From Promethearchaeota archaeon (lineage in GTDB: Archaea; Asgardarchaeota; Thorarchaeia; Thorarchaeales; Thorarchaeaceae): 64,000 nucleotides of DNA. The stretch covers positions 311,758-375,757 of the forward strand of contig WJMJ01000059.1 of assembly GCA_014728035.1 (NCBI GenBank), written 5' to 3'. The notes under the pieces are model-generated. The model did not search any database. It saw only the letters and a program-made list of their open reading frames with translations, and had not been told where the DNA came from. Within the stretch, counting starts at the first letter, position 1. Each line of letters opens with the position of its first letter. Shown here piece by piece: positions 48,886 to 59,453 of the stretch. The translations under genes and the position numbers were made by a program.

Positions 48886-49737
48886 ATGTCTTCGCTGAAC
48901 AAGAAATCGTTAGTTATTTTGCTCTCACTTACAGTAATCGGAATCATTCTGAGTGTGTTCTGGGCATTTTTTGCTTCAAGCTGGAATGATATTACTCCTA
49001 TTTTCGGCTTACCAACACCATATCATTTCTTACTTGTAGCTTTTGCAATTCCTATGCTTGGAGGGATTGTTACCGGTTTGATATTTCCAAGAATAATTGC
49101 TCCGATATTCAAGAGATTACTTGGATTGAAGATGCGTGGATACAAATCTGCGTACCTTCCAGTTCATCATGATAGTCTTAGTCTTCGACGATGGTTTGGG
49201 AGAGCTGTACTGACATCTTTGCTTATCCTGGGTCTTTTGGCTGCTATCATCAATGTGATAGATCCACAGCTATTCATGCCGCCTTCTGAATACGCTGCAT
49301 TTTTAGCTGAAACTGGTTTACCACAATACACTCCACCAGTTACTATCTCTCTTGCTGGATTTCTTTCTCCAATTGCTTTTGGACTTTGGGCAGCATCTTG
49401 GGCTTTAGAGGATGCGGGAATTATTCAATACTATCTCCCTGAAAAAGATGGTATTCTCTACGATATCGAACCAATTCATCATCAATATAGTGGATATCTC
49501 AAGGGATATGCTGGATTATCTGCAATCATTTTCTTTGCTTCAATTTTCTTTCTATTTGCAGGTCAGGAAGGACTTGTTGAAGTTGCAGCTTTTACGCTCA
49601 TTATCCCCTTGTTTCTAATTCTTCAGACGATACCAGGTTATATTGTATTCACTCGGACAAGCAAGGCATACCTTCGAAAAGGATTACCAAAGGCTGGACC
49701 TCTGACAGAATCTGATTTAGGTCTATCAGTTGGTTAA
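48886..49737 (+). CDS. Hypothetical polytopic membrane protein
   Basis: ~6 TM; W.LEDAG...IEP...Y.KGYAG; start moved to ATG 48886 (GGTG RBS). Confidence 0.75.
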   Translation: MSSLNKKSLVILLSLTVIGIILSVFWAFFASSWNDITPIFGLPTPYHFLLVAFAIPMLGGIVTGLIFPRIIAPIFKRLLGLKMRGYKSAYLPVHHDSLSLRRWFGRAVLTSLLILGLLAAIINVIDPQLFMPPSEYAAFLAETGLPQYTPPVTISLAGFLSPIAFGLWAASWALEDAGIIQYYLPEKDGILYDIEPIHHQYSGYLKGYAGLSAIIFFASIFFLFAGQEGLVEVAAFTLIIPLFLILQTIPGYIVFTRTSKAYLRKGLPKAGPLTESDLGLSVG

Positions 49738-49752
49738 GTCGTATTGATTCGG

Positions 49753-50592
49753 TCAACGTGGTAGACTAAATTCCACTTTGACCGAGTCTAATTCATCTCC
49801 TATTATTTCAGGTTCAAGAGTACCAAGGTCGTATTTACTTGCTTGAACTAGATGTTCAATCTGGGTCGGATCCAAGCTCATCATCTGAGCCATTACTGAA
49901 TCTACTGAAACTGGTTTCCGTCCCACAATGAACGCACCAATTTCGTGTGTCTTTGGCCCATTCCAACCTTCAACTCCCACTCTTGCATCGATAATACAGA
50001 GTTGTGGTTGTACAATACGATTGAAGTCGATTACAATATCTGTGATTTTTGAATGAAACGATGCCTGTCTCTTTTCTGGCAACAAACCGAATTGATTTTT
50101 CAGTGCTCCAGTAATCCATGTTAGATAATGTGTCTTTGCAACAGGCACTGTGATGAAATAGTGCGGTTTTATCAGTTCTTCTGGAAGCTTCGCTTTTTTG
50201 AAATACCGTCCATCAAAATCGGTTTCTATCATTCTTGACTTGCTTAAATTAACCAATTTGAGATCTTTTTCATCCTCATTATATCTGTCAACTAAATCAG
50301 TATAGCCAAATTTTTCGAATGCTTCATCGGCATATTTGCTTTGGCTGTCTGATTCAATTACTCTAATAGAACTATCAGGTCTCTCTTCAAATAGTATGTG
50401 AATAATTGCATCAATAAGTCTAATGTCGGAAACCGAATGTCCTGTTCCATCTGATATTGTGCAAATATTTGGTTTGATGAGGATTGGAGATGATAACGGT
50501 CCAATGCCTCCAATAAGTTCGAGACCCTCTCCTATTATTTCTCTTAATTTTCCTGTGTGCTTGAGAATTGCGACTCTATTCATTGTATTCAA
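49753..50592 (-). CDS. DUF362-domain protein
   Basis: LIKPN, PVAKTH...TGALKNQFG, IIDA, DS. Confidence 0.88.
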   Translation of the reverse strand: MNTMNRVAILKHTGKLREIIGEGLELIGGIGPLSSPILIKPNICTISDGTGHSVSDIRLIDAIIHILFEERPDSSIRVIESDSQSKYADEAFEKFGYTDLVDRYNEDEKDLKLVNLSKSRMIETDFDGRYFKKAKLPEELIKPHYFITVPVAKTHYLTWITGALKNQFGLLPEKRQASFHSKITDIVIDFNRIVQPQLCIIDARVGVEGWNGPKTHEIGAFIVGRKPVSVDSVMAQMMSLDPTQIEHLVQASKYDLGTLEPEIIGDELDSVKVEFSLPR

Positions 50593-50764
50593 TCCTAATG
50601 AGTGGGATTATGTATGTAAGTGCTGTTATTTCGAAGCCAACCATGAGAATGGCTGAGAGTCCGGGAATTATAGTCCTTTGTGGTGATATTAATTGATATC
50701 AGGTTCGTGTAACCTCTTGAGATATTTGAATGAGTATCTATTTTGGTTAGCTGAATCTGTCTTA

Positions 50765-53700
50765 TTAGTCATAAGATATTGAATCATCAGTGTGCGTTTC
50801 ATCTTCATCAACTGGTTTGATTAGATCTTTCTTAATGGCTTCCATAATGAGATAGTAGACACGTCCTTCCTCGATACCACACATTGCCATCTTCTTCGCA
50901 AGTTCGTCAAGTTCAAGACCGCTGTCATCAGCAGTGCCAGCACCTAACTCGAGACATTTCATACCTCTTGGAATTTCCTTATCCGCATCAAGTTTGTATC
51001 TATTTAGTAATGAGCCATCAAGGATTTCGTTGAACAATTCATCAAATGCATCCTGTGTTTCTAGATCAAGAATCTCTGCTGGAGTAATTCTGAAGAACTC
51101 GTCAAATTGTTCACCTACCGCCTCTCCGAATTCAATCATCTTCTCCCGATGATACATTGAGGGGCTTTTTACTGTGATAAATGCACAGACCAGAGTTTCA
51201 GTAGAAATCACTCTGATAATATCTGACACTGGTATTAGTGCATCTGTTGGAATCAGACTGTCTTGTTCGACTTCCATTCTAAACTGAGTTACGGCTGTAA
51301 TGAATGCTGAAATCATAGCCTCGTCGAAACCCCCTCTGAGGAACTTAGAATAGACAGGTAGTCCGCTTGATCTATGAAGCACTAATACCCCGATTAAGTT
51401 GTGCAGGTCGTCAAATTGACGTTTGACTGCTTGATTTCTGAGAATTTGCGCTCGTCTTCTCCTGTCATAAATCTTGTAACCTACTACAAGTGCAAGTGGA
51501 CCTCCTATTACAAGAGCAATAATTGGCGACCAACTGACCACAACTGCTGTTAGCCTTGCATTGTCATTGTACCTAGGTACCAGACTTGTTTCAAAGTATG
51601 TGTCCTCTAAAGTATGAAATTCCTTATCAACGAATATCCGAATAGAATATGTCTCTTCTCCATAAGCAATTGGCATCGTTATTGTTGTAGTATAGACACC
51701 TGCTTCTTCTTCAGTCATTTGAATTAGCGATTGTGGGTCGTTATCATCAAGCGATATTCCACATGTAACTTCTGCTCCAATTACTGGATTTCCTGTGTCA
51801 CTCTCAATGAGTTTGATTCTGACTTCAAAATCCATACCCTCCATTGCACTCAATGATGACAGAACATCTATTTCAATAGGTACTTGAATGACTGTATAAT
51901 CAATTAGAAATCTCTGAGATTCAAATCCCTCTCTTTCAAAACGAATTGTGGTCTGGTATCTCCCTAATGCGATTGGCACTAATTTGATACCATAGCTTCC
52001 ATTCTCGAAGCTAAATACCTCAAGCCAATCTGTAGAGTTTCCCAGAAGCACAGTTGAAGCTCCTTGGATTCGAGTATCGTTAGATGAAATGATGTAATCT
52101 TCAATCCACGTGTAATCTCGCCCATATACAATCTGGCCCAAATCAATATCTTGAATCGAATCAGTTTCGATGTTGCGTACTTCAAGAATGAATTGTTTTG
52201 ACTTGCTCTGGTAATTATCTTTTGAAGCGGATATTGTAAATGTCCATGTTCCAGTAGAGGTTGCGGTTATTTCTATACAGTAAAGTCCCGTGTCTTCGAA
52301 AATTGTGATGACCAATCCATCAAGGTCTGTAGTGTAGATATTGAGTTGAGCATCAGTAATGTTCTGAATCAAATCGGTACGTGAATACTGCACTAAAATA
52401 TCGTGTGACTCTTTGTATCTAATCGATGCTGAAGTATCTCCAATGAATGAAAGAGCTGTTGGAATCTCGGTTACTATGAGGCTGAATCCAACTGTTGCAT
52501 TCTCATAATTTGATTGTACTGCTCTGAATGCAAGTGTATATGCTCCGATTGTGCTTGGTATTATTGTCACGTTATACTTGCCTGAACCCAGTGGAATCAC
52601 ATCAGAGAAGTTAAGACTACCAGGTGGGTCTAAAACTATGATTGTAGCTAAATCAAGCGTATTCATGTCTTCGTCAGTGAATATCATCTGTAACGTGTAT
52701 GTCTGATCCAAAGCTATTGTTTTGCTTCCTGTATTTACCGTAAGTATTGAGGGAATATCATTGACCGTCAATGTGAATGTGATTGTTCTCGTCAAATAGT
52801 TAGTCCGATTTGCTTGAAACAGAATTGAATAAGTCGCTGTGAGATTTGGTCTAAGTGTGACTTTATACCGTCCGTCACCGAGGGGAATTGCATCATCAAT
52901 ACTCATACCCCCTTCTGGATCTATACTTAGAACTGAGATATTTGCGCTGTCAAGACCATACCCTGTGTTGTTAGTGTATTGAATAATGATAGAAAAATTC
53001 TCTCCATACTGTATCATTGCAGAAGTACCATTCAGGATTTGTATCTTAGTTCCAATAGACTCCACAATTACTGAAAATGATGTTACCTGACTCTGATAGT
53101 TCGAGAGATTAGCAGCCAATGTTACCAAGTAACTTCCGGATTGATTTGCAATCACAGTGATGGTATAGTTTCCATTATCACTTTCGCTGATTGACATATC
53201 TAATCCAGAATACGAATTAACTAGACTTAGTGTAGCTCCTTCTAATCCATTATCCTCAAGGTCTGTGAATGAAGCTTGTACATTAAGCACATCCGAAATA
53301 GCAATAGTAGCACTTGTTACATTAACAATGAGAGATGTTGGAACTTCAGAACCCGTCAAGGTGAATGTGGTTGTTTGGGTGACATGATTTGTGATATTTG
53401 CTCTGATTACAATAGTGAATGTTTCTGTATTTTGTGGGGACAGGTATATCGAGTAATAGCCATCTGTAATATCACTAAAAGTTCCATATGTCAAACCTAT
53501 GGACGGCGAAACTTCCACTATAGCTACCGTTGCATTTTCCAATCCAGAACCAGTGCCATTTAGATAGTGAACGACTAGATTATACGACTGATTGACTTGT
53601 ACTATTCCTGAGGTACCATTGGCTCGAAGAAGTGAGGATGCTTTTGGCTCAAATATTAATGAGAATGAGGTAACACCGTCAACGTAATTGGATAAATCAG

Positions 53701-56700
53701 CAGCCACCTTTATGAGATATGTTCCCTGAAGATTTGCACTCAGAGTGAGTGTATAGTCACCATCTGATAATTCTGCAATTATCACACTGATATTTGCCGG
53801 TTGGTCAATAATGCTGACTAGTGCCCCGTCTAGACCATTTGCATATTTATCTGCAAAGGAAACTTGGACATTAATCGAATCGTAAACTGGTAATGTTGCA
53901 CTTGTAATGTTCACTGTTAGAGTTGTAGGAATTTCAGAACCACTTAGGGTGAAGGTTAGAATTTTCGTCGCATGATTTAGACGTTCTGCTGTAATCTCTA
54001 TTGTGAATGTGTTTTTGTTTTCAGGGGTTAGTAGAATATCGTAGTATCCATTATAGAGATGTGAAAATGAGGTATTTGTTAATCCTGTGGACGGTGTGAT
54101 GCTTGTAATTTGGATATTTGCATCATCAAGACCAGATCCAGTACTATTCGTATATCGGACAACTAGTCTATACTCATCGAGTATCTCTACTATTCCTGAT
54201 GTACCATTGACACTCTGAAAGATGGTCCCTATTGGATTAACTGTTAGCGAAAATGATGCATAACTTATCTCGTAATTAGTTCGGTTTGCTGAGAACCTTA
54301 AGATATAGGTTCCAACCAATGAGGACTGAATTGAAATTGAATAGTTACCATTCGTTTCCTCTTGAATGTTTATGGAAACTTCTGTAGGTTGATCTATTAC
54401 TGAGATTGTTGCCGAATCGAGCCCATTTGAATATACGTCTTCATAAGATGCTTGAACAAATAGCGTGTCTGTGAGACCCATACTTACCGATGAAACATTT
54501 AGCGTAAGTGAAGTCTGAACTGGGGTGACCGCTAAAACAAAGGTAGTTGTCTGTGTTTCATGATTGGTTTTATTGGCACGTATCGTAAAGGTATACGTTT
54601 CGACCTGTGTTGGAGTTAACTCAATAGAATAGTATCCATTTGTATCATCAACAAAAGTACCATAGGTCACTCCTGAGCTAGGTGACATTGAGGTTATCTG
54701 AACAGTAGCTCCTTCCATACCATGTCCAGTTGAATTCTCATAAAATACTGTGAAGTGGTAGCTCTGAAACACCTCTTGTATATCTGAGGTTCCATTCATA
54801 CTAGTCAAGTCTGTATTTATTTTGACCACAATAAGAGTAAATGTTTCTTGAGTTGTTTCGTAGTAATCTTTCACTCCTGATAGGGTAACTGTATAGGTAC
54901 CTGTTTGGAGAGTGGAAACGATCAGCGTATAGTTACCATCTCCATGATCATTTGTGGTTCCTTGATTTAATCCTCCTGATGGTCCCGAATAGCTCATCTG
55001 GATATTCGCACCACTAATTCCGGTTCCATTTTCAAAAGCATATGTCAAATCTATTGTTTCATCCATAAACACTTCAGTTTCAACTGGCTCGGAACCAACG
55101 TTAGTAAGTGTAAATACTGTTGGATATATTGACTCTATGATGAATTGGCAACTGACCGAATCATAGTATGGTTGTGAGGCATTTACTACCACTGTAAATT
55201 GACCGTTGGACTCGAGTGAGGTATCAAAGCTTCCCTCCCACCAATTTCTTAATAGATTTGGTTCGAAATTAACCGTACTTCCTGACCAATTGCCCTTGAT
55301 TGTAGCTGCATCATTCATCAAATATTGACCATTATCTGCATCCAAAAATTGAATGAAGTTTGTCACAACTAACCCATGTTCTGTTTCAATTAGAGAATTG
55401 GCCGGGGTCAAAGTTGTTGCATGATACAACTCTAATAGTGCAATTCCATAAGCCACCTCGGTTCCATTATTCCAGATGTAATCATAGAACCATTGCCCAG
55501 CTGTTGTATTTATGCCACCTAAAGTCCATGAGCTTGTGTTCACTTTGTAATCTACCTCATTAGTAATAGAATCATCCGCCCATATTGTTCCATTTGGCAT
55601 TATGAGTGAAACATTGACTGAATCATGCAGAAGGGGTTGATATGTGCCATGACTTATTTCTATGGTTGCTCTGGTTTCGTTTCCGCTTCTGAATGTTGAA
55701 GTATTTTCCCATTGTCCCAAAGAGTTGTCATATTTTTGAACTGTTGCATTTGCAGCATAATTAGGTGAATCAATTATAATCTCCCACCAACCTAATCTGC
55801 TGATTAATGATGTGGGAATAGCAATTTCTCCATTTGTAATTGTACACTGTGAAGTGACATCGTTTAGAAATGGGTCATATATTGTAGCATTCTCCCAATC
55901 TATTGGGTAATACAGAAATAGCTCTTGATCTTCATATGTGCTCGTAGAACCAAGATAGAAATAGAATTCGTTATCTGAGCTAGAACCAGGTTCTATAGAA
56001 TATGTAACACCCGGTTTTGAGTTATCTGTTGTCCATGAGGAATTTGTAAATCTGTGATTCAGTAGTCTTGATTCGTAATCGTATGATATGCTTGCATTGG
56101 ATGATACTGTGATGTTGACTGGTGAATCGGTCCAAAAATTGTCGGCATATATCGTAGCATTTCCAATTCCTGATGCTCCTTCTATACTTGTAGAATTGGT
56201 ATTTGCTTCAAATTGGAGATTGACACTCTCCGGGGTTGGTGCTGTTTCTCCAATCAAATGTACATTATCTAGATGAACTGTGATATATGCTGCGTTATCC
56301 AATCCATCTGCAACTGAGTCATTATCAAGGTCTTCTGCTCCATTAAGATTCATTGTTTCATCGATTTCCAAGGCAATCTTGAAATCGAAATCACCAATTT
56401 CTGAAACTGTGAAGTCAATATCTCCTGTATTATACCATGTTCCCCTAGAAGTAAGTGTGGTCAGACTTTGATTCCATATAGCGGTATTATTTACATATGC
56501 TACTATTGAACAGTTACCAGAAAGTGAATCTCCACCTGGTTTTTCTAAGGGGCCCCGCAAATAGAAATAATCGAAGTTTAATGTGAAATTTTGGATTGTA
56601 GGAGTGTTTTGAATCGTTTGCATCCAATTTATCCAAGTTCCAGCAAAATGGTCATACTTTGTTCCTTGGTTCTTATATGCACCTTGATTTTCCAAAATCA

Positions 56701-57226
56701 CATATACTGGATTGGTTGAGTCGTATGATGCTACTTGAGTCTGTGAAGGATCCGTATTGGAGCTGTAGGCATCCCATCCAAATGGATAATGACTCACAGA
56801 ACCACTTGGATTGTAATTATAACCCGGTATGCCTTCATCAAAAGTCCCATTGTCTGCATAGAGCCGTTCAAGATTCCATAAGTTAATCTCTGCAAGACTT
56901 GCTTTCCAATTGTTATCCGTGTCGATTGGAAGCTCGAAGATTTCATTAAAGCCGGGTGCGGTAATCGTGCTGATAGTCCCTGTTGTGTAATAGCCTATAG
57001 TTTCCACTAATGCTGGTTCTAAAACTCCTGTCTTCAAACCACCCTCTGCTAAGAACCTCTCTGGGATGACCCCTTCTCTGTTTCCGCTGTCCGGCACAAT
57101 CCTCTCTGAAAGTACCTTTTCCGTGAAATCATCTTGCTCGTCTTCCAATGTGGGATGTCCCACAAAGGCTGAAGCCACCAATAGAAACACCAAGGCAAGA
57201 ACAGGGGTCATGCGAATTAATCGCAT
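50765..57226 (-). CDS. Giant single-pass surface glycoprotein: Ig-like repeats, TM and cytoplasmic longin-like domain
   Basis: Signal peptide, many NxS/T sequons, beta-sandwich repeats, TM near 51480-51545, then VLVLHRSSGLPVYSK...MISAFITAV; GAGGTGA RBS. Confidence 0.88.
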   Translation of the reverse strand: MRLIRMTPVLALVFLLVASAFVGHPTLEDEQDDFTEKVLSERIVPDSGNREGVIPERFLAEGGLKTGVLEPALVETIGYYTTGTISTITAPGFNEIFELPIDTDNNWKASLAEINLWNLERLYADNGTFDEGIPGYNYNPSGSVSHYPFGWDAYSSNTDPSQTQVASYDSTNPVYVILENQGAYKNQGTKYDHFAGTWINWMQTIQNTPTIQNFTLNFDYFYLRGPLEKPGGDSLSGNCSIVAYVNNTAIWNQSLTTLTSRGTWYNTGDIDFTVSEIGDFDFKIALEIDETMNLNGAEDLDNDSVADGLDNAAYITVHLDNVHLIGETAPTPESVNLQFEANTNSTSIEGASGIGNATIYADNFWTDSPVNITVSSNASISYDYESRLLNHRFTNSSWTTDNSKPGVTYSIEPGSSSDNEFYFYLGSTSTYEDQELFLYYPIDWENATIYDPFLNDVTSQCTITNGEIAIPTSLISRLGWWEIIIDSPNYAANATVQKYDNSLGQWENTSTFRSGNETRATIEISHGTYQPLLHDSVNVSLIMPNGTIWADDSITNEVDYKVNTSSWTLGGINTTAGQWFYDYIWNNGTEVAYGIALLELYHATTLTPANSLIETEHGLVVTNFIQFLDADNGQYLMNDAATIKGNWSGSTVNFEPNLLRNWWEGSFDTSLESNGQFTVVVNASQPYYDSVSCQFIIESIYPTVFTLTNVGSEPVETEVFMDETIDLTYAFENGTGISGANIQMSYSGPSGGLNQGTTNDHGDGNYTLIVSTLQTGTYTVTLSGVKDYYETTQETFTLIVVKINTDLTSMNGTSDIQEVFQSYHFTVFYENSTGHGMEGATVQITSMSPSSGVTYGTFVDDTNGYYSIELTPTQVETYTFTIRANKTNHETQTTTFVLAVTPVQTSLTLNVSSVSMGLTDTLFVQASYEDVYSNGLDSATISVIDQPTEVSINIQEETNGNYSISIQSSLVGTYILRFSANRTNYEISYASFSLTVNPIGTIFQSVNGTSGIVEILDEYRLVVRYTNSTGSGLDDANIQITSITPSTGLTNTSFSHLYNGYYDILLTPENKNTFTIEITAERLNHATKILTFTLSGSEIPTTLTVNITSATLPVYDSINVQVSFADKYANGLDGALVSIIDQPANISVIIAELSDGDYTLTLSANLQGTYLIKVAADLSNYVDGVTSFSLIFEPKASSLLRANGTSGIVQVNQSYNLVVHYLNGTGSGLENATVAIVEVSPSIGLTYGTFSDITDGYYSIYLSPQNTETFTIVIRANITNHVTQTTTFTLTGSEVPTSLIVNVTSATIAISDVLNVQASFTDLEDNGLEGATLSLVNSYSGLDMSISESDNGNYTITVIANQSGSYLVTLAANLSNYQSQVTSFSVIVESIGTKIQILNGTSAMIQYGENFSIIIQYTNNTGYGLDSANISVLSIDPEGGMSIDDAIPLGDGRYKVTLRPNLTATYSILFQANRTNYLTRTITFTLTVNDIPSILTVNTGSKTIALDQTYTLQMIFTDEDMNTLDLATIIVLDPPGSLNFSDVIPLGSGKYNVTIIPSTIGAYTLAFRAVQSNYENATVGFSLIVTEIPTALSFIGDTSASIRYKESHDILVQYSRTDLIQNITDAQLNIYTTDLDGLVITIFEDTGLYCIEITATSTGTWTFTISASKDNYQSKSKQFILEVRNIETDSIQDIDLGQIVYGRDYTWIEDYIISSNDTRIQGASTVLLGNSTDWLEVFSFENGSYGIKLVPIALGRYQTTIRFEREGFESQRFLIDYTVIQVPIEIDVLSSLSAMEGMDFEVRIKLIESDTGNPVIGAEVTCGISLDDNDPQSLIQMTEEEAGVYTTTITMPIAYGEETYSIRIFVDKEFHTLEDTYFETSLVPRYNDNARLTAVVVSWSPIIALVIGGPLALVVGYKIYDRRRRAQILRNQAVKRQFDDLHNLIGVLVLHRSSGLPVYSKFLRGGFDEAMISAFITAVTQFRMEVEQDSLIPTDALIPVSDIIRVISTETLVCAFITVKSPSMYHREKMIEFGEAVGEQFDEFFRITPAEILDLETQDAFDELFNEILDGSLLNRYKLDADKEIPRGMKCLELGAGTADDSGLELDELAKKMAMCGIEEGRVYYLIMEAIKKDLIKPVDEDETHTDDSISYD
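52440..54820 (-). repeat. Four 588-nt (196-aa) two-domain repeats
   Basis: NGTS codons (ccatt on +) at 54792, 54204, 53616 and 53028, exactly 588 nt apart. Confidence 0.85.
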
Positions 57227-57365
57227 CCTGTTTCACCTCTTTTTACCTGATTGTGGCTATATTCTTTTGATAGCCACGATGCACACCAATGATAACAATA
57301 GGTATTTTCTAATATAATAGTTGTGAGAATATTTTACGCCTTTGAATGTGGCAAATCTGCTTCTT

Positions 57366-57584
57366 TTAGATGAGGTCTATACAATCAATAACAGAGGCTA
57401 CCACCTTGAATGCTTCAGAACTAATCCAGTCTCCGTGGATATAGACTTTATTTCCAATAATGGAAACAAACTTGTCTTGATCGTCTGGATTTTTGTATAT
57501 AGCAATTCCACCATCCTCTTCTCGTTTGACATAGATTTTGTAAGTCCCACCTGACTCGTTATTCTTGATAGATATCTCTTTCAC
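57366..57584 (-). CDS. Small hypothetical protein
   Basis: 72-aa ORF, protein-like composition, same strand as neighbours. Confidence 0.55.
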   Translation of the reverse strand: MKEISIKNNESGGTYKIYVKREEDGGIAIYKNPDDQDKFVSIIGNKVYIHGDWISSEAFKVVASVIDCIDLI

Positions 57585-57677
57585 TATTTCACGCTCAGAC
57601 TATCGTATTCAGTACTAGCAGTCTTTCATTCTATATTAGATATTTCCTGTTGAACACACTTTTGTGTTAATTGATGG

Positions 57678-58871
57678 TTATTTTCTTCTTTTGGATGCTA
57701 ATGCTATTGCCGCAGAAAATCCACCTATGATAGCTATCAGAATTATGAGTGTATAATTTGGCAAGTTTCCATTGTCTTTTATTGTCGCTTTGAATGCGGA
57801 GGTAGCTTCAGTGTAGAATGGTGCGGTACTGTCACCAGATAAAGCGTCTATTAAGAGGCTATCATTATTCTCTGGCTCGTTTAACTCAAAGATACTAAAA
57901 CCTGAAATATTGTTCAGCCTCCCATATCGGATTTTATTCACTATCTCAGTAGCAACTTGTTCCTGTGTAATTGTTTCTTCTTGCCAGACACCAGAATACC
58001 ATCCTAATCCCATGAATGTCTGTTCAACTACTTCTTCTGGAAATGTGTTCCAGATGTCTACTTCTCCCTTCCACCAATCTGTATCAAAACAGTATTCCAT
58101 TGATATGTGATAGTCCAGCTGCTCATTTGCAATCCAATCTACAGGATCCTGTTGGACTCCAAAACAGGTTGGATATCCATCATGGTTGTAACCAGCTTTA
58201 TTCCAGCGATTTACAGAATCTGTTTCATATTCATTGAACCAGTCTATATACCATTGTGGAAGTTGATCTTCAGATGCACGAATCTCTCCAGAAAGTGGCC
58301 AGCCTGCAGTTGTTAAGAATTTATCTGGAAATAAATTAGATATTTCCACTTTTGCCTGACCAATCAAATCACTTATCGCATTCATTTGAGTCGAGTTGAC
58401 AGTTTCAAGTTCTTTTGAACGAATATAATCGAAATGAATCCCATCAAGTTTTGGATATGTGGTTAAAAGTTGCTTTACCCAGCTGATTTGTTGAATCTGT
58501 TCCGTTTCATTGGTGAAATCAGCTGCAACCCCCTTCAGACGATAGAGATTTGCAATCCATGCATGAACACTAAGACCATCAGCACTCAGCACATCAAGCA
58601 TCACTGCGAAATCGTTTGGATCTGACCACCCTTTATTACCCCCGATGGGTGGTGCAATAAGGAATACTGTATTTAGATTTGCAGTACGAATTTTATTGAT
58701 GGTATCATTTCGTATATTGTCAGAGTTAAATGCATAATCGTTGAGCCAGACTGCACGAGTTTCAATAGTTTGATTTGCAAAATTATGTTCTCCATTGGTT
58801 GGCATGAATGATATGCAAACTGTAATTAAACAAAAATAGACAAGTTGTTTCTTTGTAATTTGACAAATCAT
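57678..58871 (-). CDS. Secreted, membrane-anchored glycoside hydrolase-like protein (GHL10/DUF187 TIM barrel)
   Basis: ETRAVWL, LSVHAWI, LDGIHFDYIR; signal peptide and C-terminal TM. Confidence 0.8.
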   Translation of the reverse strand: MICQITKKQLVYFCLITVCISFMPTNGEHNFANQTIETRAVWLNDYAFNSDNIRNDTINKIRTANLNTVFLIAPPIGGNKGWSDPNDFAVMLDVLSADGLSVHAWIANLYRLKGVAADFTNETEQIQQISWVKQLLTTYPKLDGIHFDYIRSKELETVNSTQMNAISDLIGQAKVEISNLFPDKFLTTAGWPLSGEIRASEDQLPQWYIDWFNEYETDSVNRWNKAGYNHDGYPTCFGVQQDPVDWIANEQLDYHISMEYCFDTDWWKGEVDIWNTFPEEVVEQTFMGLGWYSGVWQEETITQEQVATEIVNKIRYGRLNNISGFSIFELNEPENNDSLLIDALSGDSTAPFYTEATSAFKATIKDNGNLPNYTLIILIAIIGGFSAAIALASKRRK

Positions 58872-58987
58872 TCCTGTCCCTCAGCGAACAACTCTCTCTA
58901 TTGTTTTTAAAAACAATGCTAGTTCTTCTGAGCCTTCAAATAGAAGAACTTCGATAGCATCAAGAGATTACTTTGTCTGGATCTTGA

Positions 58988-59437
58988 TTAAGCAAGTCCT
59001 TTCCAAATTCGAATAACCTCTGCCCATAGAAAGGCACAACCCGAAATGCCTAGGACGAGGGCGAAAACATTGTGAGTACTATAGTCAAATCTGACAATTG
59101 CAACATAGATTACAAGAACTATGGTCAAGAATACCGCATAGAACAAAGTTCGGGGAACAATCTTCTCCTTCAGGAATAGGAAGTTATCCAAGAATCCTAT
59201 GTCTGCTTTAGGATCTATCTGATATTCGCCATGAACATCCTTTACCACCAGCTTGTGGTCTTTGAGTTTATCAAGATGGTAAAGAGCTACACTGGGACTA
59301 CTCAGGTCAAGATGACGAGCCAGCTCTCTGGGCCCTATGGGCCTCTTGATACTTAGTATGGTGACCAAGACCTTCCAAGTTGTTTCACCTAATTCAAAGA
59401 CCAATGAAATATCCAATTCATCATCATCTTTGGTCAT
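58988..59437 (-). CDS. Winged-helix regulator with two C-terminal TM helices
   Basis: IGPRELARHLDLSSPSVALYHLDKL...GEY, then PR..FY and TMs. Confidence 0.85.
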   Translation of the reverse strand: MTKDDDELDISLVFELGETTWKVLVTILSIKRPIGPRELARHLDLSSPSVALYHLDKLKDHKLVVKDVHGEYQIDPKADIGFLDNFLFLKEKIVPRTLFYAVFLTIVLVIYVAIVRFDYSTHNVFALVLGISGCAFLWAEVIRIWKGLA

Positions 59438-59453
59438 CTCTATCACCTTATCA

